Positions 25,301 to 52,529 of a stretch of 64,000 nt of DNA are shown here, piece after piece. A program made the translations under genes and the position numbers. Origin of the DNA: Sphaerodactylus townsendi. Lineage: Eukaryota. The notes below the pieces were generated by a model. That model was given only the letters and a program-made list of their open reading frames with translations, was not told the origin of the DNA and searched no databases. The stretch covers positions 192,076,001-192,140,000 of the forward strand of contig NC_059425.1 in assembly GCF_021028975.2 (NCBI RefSeq), read 5' to 3'. How positions within the stretch are numbered: the first letter of the stretch is position 1; the number at the start of each line of letters is the position of its first letter.

Positions 25301-25544
25301 CACTAAGATTGATCCATGGAAAGGGATTATCAAGGAAGAACTCAATGACCAAATGGCCGATTGGCTAGAAAAAATTGAGCGGGAGTCCCTGAAACCTCGC
25401 CAAAAAGTTGAGTTCATCAACAAATTTGTGATTCCACAGATATTGTATATCTTGGATCACTCAGAAACCGGAACAACCTACCTCCACAATATCGATGATC
25501 TCATAAGATCAAAAGTTAAAAAGTGGTTACACCTTCCCCAATCA
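25296..25544 (+). mobile_element. R2-type non-LTR retrotransposon RT/thumb fragment
   Basis: Open frame LGTKIDPWKGIIKEELNDQMADWLEKIERESLKPRQKVEFINKFVIPQILYILDHSETGTTYLHNIDDLIRSKVKKWLHLPQS; LG-x3-DPW, LKPxQK, DHSE and WLHLP motifs as recalled for vertebrate R2. Confidence 0.8.
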
Positions 25545-25553
25545 GTAAATATG

Positions 25554-25721
25554 TTCCTGCTGGGTGACCTTGGGCTAGTCAGAATTCTTTCAAGACTCTC
25601 TCAGCCCCACTTACCTCAACAGGTGTCTGTTGTGGGGAGAGGAAGAGAAAGGAGCTTGAAAGCCACCTTGTGTCTCCTTACAGGAGAGAAAGGTGGAGTA
25701 TAAATCCAAATTCTTCTTCTT
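25554..25721 (+). mobile_element. SINE 3' half
   Basis: GCTGGGTGACCTTGGGCTAGTC...CAGGAGAGAAAGG..(CTT)n. Confidence 0.75.
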
Positions 25722-25970
25722 CATTTTATTTATAATCCTTCCCAACCTATGGATTGACAGGACTGAAAATTGAATTTAAGAAGTATTATCACTACTTGTT
25801 AGCATTCTCTACTTGATAGCACTTCTTTCTGGTTATCTCCATATGATGCGATTTACTTGCATTAACCTTAATTGTCATATCATGGTAAATTCACAGAAAA
25901 GTTTTCCATGTACAGGAAGGTGTATTAAGAAAATGAAATGCAAAAATTTTAGACAAACAGATTTGTAATA

Positions 25971-25976
25971 TTTATT
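25971..25976 (-). terminator. Probable ITM2B polyadenylation signal
   Basis: AATAAA on the minus strand in an AT-rich stretch about 850 nt past the stop; another at 25725-25730. Confidence 0.45.
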
Positions 25977-26540
25977 TTCCACTGCACATAATAGCTTATA
26001 TACATGTTAGTAACCTTAAGTTACTGTGTAGTTTTGTTACAGCTAACACCTATTAATATACAGTACATGGCAAGAATCAAACTTAAGTAGGATTGCATTA
26101 AAACATACACAAATGCCAAGAAATTGCACTTTTTAAAATTCTTTTCCAATCTCTGTAAACCACCTGTCACTACTAATATGTTATTAGAACTCTCAAGTGT
26201 TGAAGTTAATTTGAATACATGTCTTGTTTTTAATTCAGAGGGATCAATCTGTCCAATTGTGCAGAAGAAGGGAGGTATTCCATACCTCCTGCTACTTTGT
26301 CAAGGTTCATTACATGAAATGCGATAACTACTGCCATTATACAATTGCGATTCAACATGTAAAACCACTCTTTAAAAATATGGAAATTATTTTAAAAATC
26401 AGGAGAAAAAAAAAGTTGCTTTTAGCTATGAAGGAAGGTCCACTACTTGCATAGCCCATATAAAATAAAAATCACAGCATATGAGAGGAAGGGCTGGCCA
26501 GAGAGGCTCTTTCAGTCTTCGGCTGCAAATGTCATCTCTT

Positions 26541-26814
26541 ACTGGTTCTGGTGGGTTTTCCGGGCTGTGTGGCCGTGGTCTGGTGGATTTTGTTCCTAAC
26601 GTTTCACCTGCCTCTGTGGCTGGCATCTTCAGACATGTATCACAGAGAAAAGTCTGTTACATGACTTCCCTCTGTGATACAGCTCTGAAGATGCCAGCCA
26701 CAGATGCAGGCGAAACGTTAGGAACAAAATCCACCAGACCACGGCCACACAGCCCGGAAAACCCACCAGAACCAGTTGAATCCGGCCGTGAAAGCCTTCG
26801 ACAATACATTGAAC
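26541..26814. mobile_element. Penelope-derived long inverted repeat in ITM2B 3' UTR
   Basis: About 107-bp arms (26541-26647 and 26670-26776), GTGAAAGCCTTCGACAATAC end, hammerhead cores, 14-bp flanking duplication. Confidence 0.82.
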
Positions 26815-26822
26815 GTCATCTC

Positions 26823-42986
<16,164 letters not shown>

Positions 42987-43854
42987 GGCCGGCGGCGGCG
43001 CTCGGGCTGCAGCTGCTCGGGCGGCGGGGGCGGGCGGCGGCGCTGCTGCTGCTGCTGCTGCTGCTGGGGCCTTCCGGGGACGGCGGCGGCGGCGGGAGGC
43101 GCTCTGAGGCTCCGCCCCGCCGCTTCCCTTCCCGGCGAGCCGCAGGGAGCCATTCAGACGTGCCCCGCCTGCTGCCAGTCCCGTGTCCGGCGGGCCGGCG
43201 GGCGAGGGTCCCGCCACGACCGTCGGTGGAGCGGGGGCGGATTCGAACCCGGGTCTCCCTGGCTGGGGTCCGGCAGTGACGGCGGGGCGTCTGCCTCAAG
43301 TCACCTGGCGGCGGAGCACCTGCGCTCGGCCGGATCTGCGTTCCCCGCTTCCCTTCTCCTCCTGCCACTCCAGCCCCATCGAGGACGACGCACAAAACCT
43401 CTTCCGTCTCTGTATTTGCAAGACTCCGTCCTGCGGGTGGCTTTCCTGTCGTCCCTGAACTCTGCTCCGGGCGGCTCCTTTTCACTCCAGGAGCTCCCCT
43501 AAGCAGCAGTCAGGAGAGGCTGGAGAAGTTCACCCGGGGCTGCGTTTCTGTGGGATATTCAAAGAGGTTCCTGAAGCAGCAGAAGTCAAAATTAGTCCTG
43601 CAGGGATGCTGAGGATTGCTTTTGTTTCCAATACACTTGACTTCGCTAGAAGGAGGGAAGGGTTACGTGGGGGCGAAACCAGAAATGCGAGACTAGCGAA
43701 GGCACAGTTCATACGACGTCTTGTCTAATTCTATGTGACCGGATGATCCCTCGCAATTCTGGTGGTGATCTGTCCTCCAATCCATCCTGCAGCCGGAACA
43801 TCCCAGAAATGTGCCCCAGAATCAGCCGGCCCTCATTAGAAAGTCCATTGCCTT

Positions 43855-43950
43855 TATACCGATCGCTATAGCGATCGCCATACCGATCGATATAACAATC
43901 GCTATACCGATCGCTATATCGATCATTATAACGATCGCTATACCGATGGC
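43855..43950. repeat. Self-complementary 12-bp tandem repeat (TATANCGATCGC) x8
   Basis: Directly visible; CpG-dense. Confidence 0.92.
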
Positions 43951-46679
43951 TACAGCTGTCAGGATGGCGGCAATGGCCATTCTACCCATAGCAGGTCCCG
44001 GGAGGGGTGCCTGGGGGGGCGGGGCAGGAAAGAGGGGTCGGCTCTCCCCGGCCACTGCGATCCCGCATCAGGAGGTGAGGGGAGGGGGGAGGCAGCCAGG
44101 GCAGGTGTGCGGAAGTTGGGGATGAAAAGCAGCGTGCTTCAGGGGGGGGATCTCTGTGGGGGTGGGGGGGTGCCGTCCCAGGGGTCCAGATCTCCCCAAG
44201 CAGCACCCCTGTTCTCCGGGGAAGGGGCTGCTGCCGGCGATGCCGTTCTGTAAAGGTGCGGAGGAAGGCCTCCCACGGAGGCAGGAGCTTGGCCTCCCAC
44301 CTGAAGCCAAAGGGGGGGAGGGAGGGGCCCTTGGGCGGGGAGGCTGCTGCTGCTGCTGCTGCTGCTGGAGGTTCGTGGTGGTCGCTGGGGGGGACTCTGG
44401 CCGTCCTCCCTCCCTCGCTCGCTGGCCCTGGTGGGCGGGGAGGGGCGGGCAGTGGAGGAGCGCTGGGCTGGTTGGTGCTGCGGGGCGGTGGGCCCGTCGC
44501 TTGCAGGGGGGCAGGAGGAGGGGGCAGCTGCTGGGGGGGCAGTTCTGGTCTCGGGAAAGGGAGGCGGGCAGGGGGCTGATCTGGTCCGCCCCTTGGCTCA
44601 TTCCGCAGCAGCAGCAGCAGCAGCAGGAGGAGGAGGAGGAGGGCGGGAGGAAGGCTGGCTGGCTGCTTCTACCTGGGATCCTGTGGGCTGAGTCCGTTGC
44701 CTTTTCCTTTCCAAGTGGTCACAATGATGTGCCTTTTGCGGACAGTGCCCTCCGCGACGCCCCGCACCCCTCCTCCCTGGGGCCACGGAAAAGAGCCTCT
44801 GACAGTGTTTTCCTCCCACTGTGTTCTGATCACCCCTCCCCCTCCCTCCCTGGGGCCACGGAAAAGAGCCTCTGTTGTGTCCTGCTGCAGGTTCAAAGAG
44901 ACGGTTTCTCCCGCCACAGACCCCGCCCCTTGTCCGGGGTGGCAGGAGGAGGGGACTGCTGAGGACAGCACTGCTAGGCATGGGCGGGGAGGGTCCTGGG
45001 ATCCTTTCTCGGGTCTGTTCCGCTTCCCGGGCAGCCAGACCTTGCAAAGGGCGCCCCTGGACTCTGCGGAGGGAGAAGAGCCGCCCTTGCCCGCATCTGT
45101 GTGTCCCGCTTCCCTCCTCCTCTCTCCTCCACAGGTGCCGCCTCCTTCCTTCCCCCCACCCCACCCGCGGAGGCGGCAGCCGGGCGGCCCTCAGCAGCGT
45201 CCAAAGCCACAAAGCTGGCCATGCCTCCCATTAAGTGTTGGGCGCCCCCTCCTGAAGGGCGGCTGTGCCAGGAGATCAGGGTGCCACTGACCCGGGCCCA
45301 GGGCACCCAGGAAGTGCTGCCAGGTGGAGCGCCGTCATCCACAACACCCGGCAGGCGCCCAGAAGAGGGGGGATGGGAAGGGTGAAACGGGCATTCAGAT
45401 CTAAGCAGCAGAAACATGCCGACGTGGGGTCACTGTAGCACCCACCCAACTCCGTCTTCTCTCCCAGTAGTGGTGAGGCTGAGATTCCTGAAGAAGTTGC
45501 AAAGCGTCTTCTACAGATATCTGCACGCTCTTCTTCAAAAGAGATCTAGCTGTGGGCCTTTCAATACCTATTTATACTTTTTAACATTGTGAAAATATGC
45601 TCTTACCCATTTTTAATGTATAATGTTTTATAGAAGATTTAACTTTTTTTTTCTTTGGATAACATCTTTACTTTTGTCGATTTACTGCCACCTCTGATTA
45701 GAGATTCCTGGTTATATCGTAAAAAACTTTTTAATTTATGCCTAATAAAAGTGATTGTATACAAACTGTTTACGAGCTGAAATCTCCCGTGGCGGGAGGG
45801 GGGTGGGCCTCAAGGGCTGCCCAGCAGGACTCCAGTGTGGGGATTTGAACCTGCGGCCTGCCCGCTTTCACTTGCGGAAGGGCTCCTGGTGCTGGCCTAG
45901 GAAAATAAATGGAATCATCTCCCGTTGAGCTAACAATGGGAAGTCACTCCAATTGGCCAGTGATCTTCCGGCCATGCAGAAGGTCCCAGTTCAATCCCCA
46001 CCCTCTCCAGCTACAAGAGCCAGGTGAGGTGAAAGAGCTGCTGCCAGTCTTGCTCAGCGGCAGCACCGGATCTCCTGGGATTACAAGTGATCTCCAGGCA
46101 ATACAGACCAGACTGCCAGGAGAAAATGGCAGCTTCCACTATGGTGTGATGCCACCTCCACCCCCAAGTCTCCAGGGATGTCTCCACTTGAGATGGATTG
46201 GGGAGACTTGGGGTGGAGGAGGTTTGGACAGCGAGGGTGGGGATGCTTGGGGCGGGGGAGGGGAGGGCTTTCGCAGGGCCTGTTGAGCAGAGGGTGCGAA
46301 GGCACCCACTGCTCCACCAGCTGGGATGGGCTGCTGGGGGAGGTGGGGGGGGACTGGGGGCCCCCAGCAGAGGGAGCCAGGCTTGTTCCTGGGAGGGGGA
46401 GATGGAATGTCACTCAGCAATTGGCAGAAGGTTTGACATTGCAACATTTCATCGCTTAGGCAATTATAGGTCAGGATTTTTATGCACTGCCTTATTATTG
46501 TGTGCACTATTGAGTGTGGTACTTTGATACAAGAGCTTTTATGCCAAAGTGTGTTTTCACTTTCAGACTTCCAAAGGGATGTGGGGAGCAGGGCGAGGTC
46601 GGCACTCGGACCCAGGTGGGGCTTTCTGCAACAAAGACAGTCCGGCATGCTTTGTTCTGCGGCAGAGGAATATATAATC

Positions 46680-47247
46680 TGCATTACCCCATACGCCCCT
46701 ACTTGCGGGACCGCATTACCCCATACGTCCCTACTTGGCCTCTGCGTTTAGCAGAGGCCAATCTGCTGGTGGTCCCCGGCCCCTCAATGATGCGGCTGGC
46801 CTCCACACAGGCCAGGACTTTCACAGCGCTGGCCCTGGCCTGGTGGAACACCCTTCCTCCAGCTGTCCGGGCCCTGCGGGACCTTGGTGAGTTCCGCAGG
46901 GCCTGTAAAACCGTGTTGTTCCACCAGGCCTTTGGAGTGCCCAGCCGCTGATATGGTGCCCCCCCCCCCACTGCTCTTTGCCCTAGCACTGGTACATCAG
47001 AGCCCCTCATATTGAGGGGCCTGCCGTCCCCCTTTTTGGGGTGGGTTGTAATTGAGGCTTGGACACCTTTTGTTTAAATGTTAATTGTTAGCCGCTGTTT
47101 TTATGTATTTTAAGATGTTTTATTGATGGAGCCTATGTATTGTGTTGTATTGGATTTGCTCCTGCTTAATGTTTTATACTATGTTGTTCACCGCCCGGAG
47201 CCCTTCGGGGATCGGGCGGTATAGAAATTGAAATAATAAATAAAATA
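46680..47247 (+). mobile_element. L2-clade LINE 3' end
   Basis: YLRDRITPYVP..LR...WWNTLPPAVR..FRRACKTVLF followed by a 3' UTR with stem-loop and AATAAAT tail. Confidence 0.8.
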
Positions 47248-50110
47248 ATGTTGATGTGGAAGAGTATAGCAAGGGAAGGGCCTAGTTGGGAGGCTCCTCT
47301 GGCACAGCTGATGTCTGCCCTTGGTGGCAGAGCAGGGAGAAGCAGCCCTGCAGTCAGGAGATCTAGGCCAGGTCCGTGGTTAATGTTCAGCCGTCTGTTT
47401 CATGTTTTATATCAGACCTAGGATGCCAGAATCCGCAGCAGGTCTAGCCCAGGTTGTACACATGCTGGGTAAGCTGGGCAGAGACCTGCTGCTGTGAGGG
47501 ACGGTGGGGGGAGGGGGGGTCAGCCCTTGTCCTGTTTCCTTTGTGTCTCCTGAATGTACTCTGTGCTGATCAGTATTTTCTACTGATGAAAAGAGACTTC
47601 CGGGGTCTCTGGATGACTCAAGAATGGTGCACCTGTCACATACCTCTTTCCCCAAAGTTGCCTGATGGGCACGGGACGGCAGCTGAGCCACACTGTGTAT
47701 TTTCTTATTTATTTATAGCTCACCTTTCTCAGTTAGAACAATAGAACATGACATCTAATAAGCAATGTAACAGGACTGGGATTACAGAAACCTAAAACAA
47801 AACATGGGGTGTTAGACACAATACACTAAACAAATGCAAAAAATGGTATTACATAAGTTGAAAATAATGCAATGGAAGCAGGATAATGCACACAGACACA
47901 TACATGCCATATAGACTGTGGTTTAGTCCACAATCTTGTTCCATTTATTGAAGCACCTTCTGGAACAATTCCATTATTACCTTTTAAAAAATGGCCTCCT
48001 GAACAGTTCTGCTGTGCAGTTTGTAGAATGCCAGGAGCGCGGGGGTCTCCCTGACCTCCCCAGGCCGGCTGTTCCACAAGGGAGAGGGTTTCAAGGCGTG
48101 CCCTGGAGGCTATGGGCTGTGCCCGTTTGCAAGGAGGCCCTGTGACAAGTGGAGCAATGCTTTGTCTGAAGTGCATCACATTTTCCACAGTGTGCGTCGC
48201 ACGTTCAGTGTACGGTTAATTATGTAGCCTGTATTGTTTTGGCTAATATGTCCATTGTGATAAGAAGCTATATTTTCAGTTTTTATTTAAGACGCTCACA
48301 GCCTGATATCAGCAGCCTTTGGAGCGGCAGGCTCAGTGTCGTGTAGTACAATTCTTGCCTATTTATGTTTATCTTGAATAATATCTCTTGATCAGATTAT
48401 ACTTCAACACTGCTCAACAGTAACCTCAAATACAAATCTGTACTTTCAACATATAACTGGGCTAACCTCAAACACAAAAATGAACTTTCAACATAGAACA
48501 CGTGTTTTCGGGCTGGAGATCTGTTCCCTTGGAGAAAACGGCCCCTTTGGACAGTGGGTCCCACGGCCCTGTACCCCACCGAGGTGCCTGTGTCCTCCCT
48601 GAGCTTGCCCTCAAATCTCCAGCAGTTTCCCAACCTGAATCTGGCAACCCTACACCTGCATCCCCTGTCGATGGTCAGGCAGGAATAGGCAGCCTTGAGA
48701 CAGAGGAAGCCAGAGAAAGTTACTCAGGACCACAAGAGCCAACCTGTTCCGGCCACTGGCTGCTTTGGAATCCGGCTGGGCCAACCCCCTCCCCCATTGC
48801 TTTCCAAGAGCTCGATCCAGTTCCTTTTACAATAACCTTTGAAAGAAGTTATCTGAGACTCAGCAGCCTTTTGCATCAATATTATACTCCATCAAAGACC
48901 CTCTCCACCCTAACCCGTGGCCCCCCCAGGCTCCACTCCAAAAATTTCCAGATTTCCCAACCCAGAGCTGAGAGCCACGCCCATTCCTTGTCAGTTCCTT
49001 GTCTTTGTGCCTTTCTGGTTGTGGCACCAGTTTTGGAGAGCATGGTTCTGATGCTGGGAAACAAAAGTCTCCAGACAAATTATTGGTCTATTGAAATCAA
49101 ACTTTATATTTGCAAACACAAGTTTGGGAAGCATGCACACACTGAATATTTATGTGCGTAGATGCCCCTCCCCTGAGTAAAACAAAGAAAGTTACTTTAT
49201 AATACTCCATAATGCCCCATCCTTCTGCATTATAACCGTGGTAGAATTTGACTGGCAGTTTATAATTTAGGCAAATACTAGACATTCTTTGTGAACCAAA
49301 GAGCAACAGTGCCCCCCTTATCTTCTCCTGGAACTTACCGTATGCTTGCTGTAACTCTTCTGTAACCCTGACCTATGCCTCAAATTCCTTTGACTTTTAA
49401 CACAGACGATTATATTACCTAGTTTTTACAAGTTAAATCAAACAAATGCTAATTTGTCTTCCAAAATAGCACAGACAATATTTCAGTAATTCAAAGATAC
49501 TCCTGACAGTCCCACACTCAGGTCCCGTCATCTTCGTCCCCCAGCCACCAGTACGGGATGGGGGCCAGGACTGCCAGATCGAGGCTGGAAAAATTCTGGA
49601 AATTTGTGGATGTAGGAGAGGGGCCTCCGTGGGGTCTAATGCCACAGAGTCCACCCCCAAAGCATCCATTTCCTCCAGGTGAACTGAAGGTGAGCTGTAA
49701 GTCCAGGGGATCCCACCAGGTCCCACCTTGAGGGCCGGCATCCCTACTGGGGGGTGACCAGTCACTCCCGAGCGACCTTCTACCCACCCCTGTATTAGAG
49801 GAGGTTTGGAGAAGAGCGCCTGTGCTAGCCTGTAATGGGCGAGGTTGTGCTTGGAGCCTTTCAGGGCTGGTTTCTAATGTTCCAGCAACGGCTGCTTAAA
49901 AGCTGAAACTTTTTCTCAATTTCCCATTTTAACTGTATCTAAATTGAGTCTGGAGGCTCCTTCGGGACCAATAAAAAGGATGAGAGGAAAACAATTTAAG
50001 TTGCTTTGGTGAGAAGGGGGGGCGGGGGGATATAAATGAAGTAAGCACAGGATTTTGTGGGACAGGATAATGCACATGAAGCTTTTTGAGTACCTAGGAA
50101 AATAACTGCA

Positions 50111-50174
50111 GAGGATTGCTAGCCACCCTGTCATGGATAGCCACCCTGTCATGGATTGCTAGCCACCCTGTCAT
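50111..50174. repeat. Short tandem repeat (GGATTGCTAGCCACCCTGTCAT) x3, middle copy shortened
   Basis: Directly visible, abutting a CR1 3' tail at about 50174-50235. Confidence 0.8.
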
Positions 50175-50849
50175 GCGAGTAGCAGAGAGCTGGACTAGAT
50201 GGACTCTGGTCTGATCCAGCTGGCTTGTTCTTATGATACTTGTGGGGAATCTTGGGCCAGGCACACACTCTTAGTCTAACCTGCCCCACACAGTTGTTTT
50301 GTGAGGATAACATGGAGGGAAGGAGAATAATTAAGTTGCTTTGAGTGCCCACTGGGGAGAAAGGCAGAACATAAATTAAGTAAATAAATAGATGAGTCAT
50401 GAATACGGGTGTGCCCTTGGTATATCAAATTGGTCTGCCAGACTGCTCAGAAGAAAATGAACAACAATTTTACCCAAGCTATTAATTTAAACTGATTATT
50501 CAAGCCACCTTTTCTGTTAGTCATATCCTGTTCCTTGTATTCCTTGGTAACACAGTATGTGGAACACTTCTGCATTCTAGGACTGCCACTCCAAAGCATG
50601 TGAAAGGTATTTCTTGTCCTAGAATAGCTTGTCCCCAATTTAAATGTGCATATCCTTACGAGCCAGGGCTGTGTTTTATTAAACAAGCTTGCAATCTCAC
50701 CTAAATTAACCCTTCTAACTGTCCCCAAGCACCTAATGCACAGGACTACTGGTTGTTTGGCAGCCCTATGCATATCCTGTTCATGTATACTTGGACCCCC
50801 AGGCTATTTTGGGTTAATCAACTCTACCAAACATGGGTCCGTCCTATGA

Positions 50850-51125
50850 GAAGAAGAGTGTGGATGTATACCCACTCTTCTCTCCTGTAAGGAGACTCAA
50901 GGGAACTTGCAAACTCCTTCCCCTTCCTCTCCCCACAACAGACACCTTGTGATGTTGAGAGAATTCTGAGAGAACTGTGACTAGCCCAAGGTCACCCAGC
51001 AGGAATGTAGAGAATGTAGGAGTGCGGAAACACATCTGGTTAACCAGATAAGCCTCCGCCACTAAGGTGGAGGAGTGAGGAATCAAACCTGGTTCTCCAG
51101 ATTAGAGTTCACCTGCTCTTAACCA
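50850..51125 (-). mobile_element. Squam3-like SINE
   Basis: Reverse-complement similarity to the same family. Confidence 0.75.
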
Positions 51126-52529
51126 TGATACCACATTGGTGTCAGGATTCCATTTCTACAGGGGGAGGGAAGCTGTGGGGATGAGCTGTGCTTTTTCCTT
51201 CACAGGTGCTTATCTGTTTCTTGGCCTTGGAGCTCTGTGGTTGGAAGTCTCAGGCCGGACTTTCTACTGTCGCTTTGGTTCACATGGGGGTGGATGGGGG
51301 GTGGGGGATTGCTGCAATAGATTACCAACTGTTTTGGAACCTTCTCTCCAGAACTGCCTTTTGCTGTTACTCTCAATGTCGTCAATTAAATCCTTGAACC
51401 CATCAAGTGAGTTATTGTCTGAACGTGGAGTTTCAGAGCTGGCTATTAGGTCACCACTACACATTTTCGGGAGGAGATACCTCCACTGCTTTACAATACA
51501 CATTAGTGTTTAGATTTTTACATGGATTCTATGTGAGCCTTTATGTATTAGATCAATATCAGTTATTTTCCATGTTAATTTCTGAGTGCCCAAGTTGGGT
51601 TACAGCTGTGGCAGGGATGGGGTGGGAGATAAATACAAGAAAATTATGAATCTCAACACAGTGACAAATATATTGGGGATGAAATGCTAGCTCCAAAGGC
51701 CAGCTGTGGTTATTGAGTGATCTCCGTATGTTGTGCCTTGGTGGTGGTGCTGGAAAGCACTGTCAGTTTGCAGCCGACTTGTGGTTTTCAAGGCAAGTGA
51801 GAAGAAGAGGTAGTTTGTCATTGCTGGCTTCTGCATAGTGGCTCTTGGCTTCCTTCTTGGTCTGCAGTCCAAATACAACTCAAATACTGCTTAGTTTCCG
51901 AGATCAGATGAGATCAGGCTAGTCTGGCCTTCCACAGTCATAATTCCAGAGAGGCCTGTTGTAGCAGAACTTAAAGGGCCATAAAATGCAGGCACCACCT
52001 ACAACAGGTCTCCTTAGCCAGGACAGGTGTTAGTTACCTTGGCAAAGCCAGGCAGTGTGCCAGTGACTGTTCCCGAGTCTGTTCTTGTCTTGATCCATTT
52101 GAATCCTACCTAATTAAATGTCATCCTCCAGTTCCTGCATTTCATTGCCCTTTAACTTCTGTGTATAATTTTGTTCATTACCTGGTATAATATTTAGCAC
52201 TTCATCCCCTTTACTCTCCTGATGATACCACCCAGGTTTGGTTCAGGGGGACCAAAGTTATGGACCCCATCCCCCGTTGTTTCCAATGGGAGCTAATATG
52301 AGATGGGGGCTGCACCTTTGAGAGTCCATCACTTTGGACCCCCTGAACCAAACCTCACTAAACCTGAGTGGTATCATCAGGATAGTCTCCTAAAGATACC
52401 CTGACATTTTGATGCTGCTAGCCTAAAAACTGCGCCCCCTGCAGGCCGAAAACTGAAAAAACACTAAAAAGTACAAAAGAAAAGAAAAGGAAATGGGGGC
52501 CAGCAAAGCTCAGATTCTGCACCGGGCTC

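Noticed and set aside
43855-43950. CRISPR-like array interpretation of the palindromic repeat
   Set aside because: Vertebrate DNA, contiguous 12-bp units with no spacers and no cas genes.
48421-48495. Two imperfect tandem copies of about 42 bp (TAACCTCAAA..ACTTTCAACATA)
   Set aside because: Only two units; an ordinary local duplication with no evidence of function.
48502-49161. 219-aa plus-strand ORF
   Set aside because: GTG start, begins in repeat-like sequence resembling 46070-46200 and 49570-49750, no recognisable domain.
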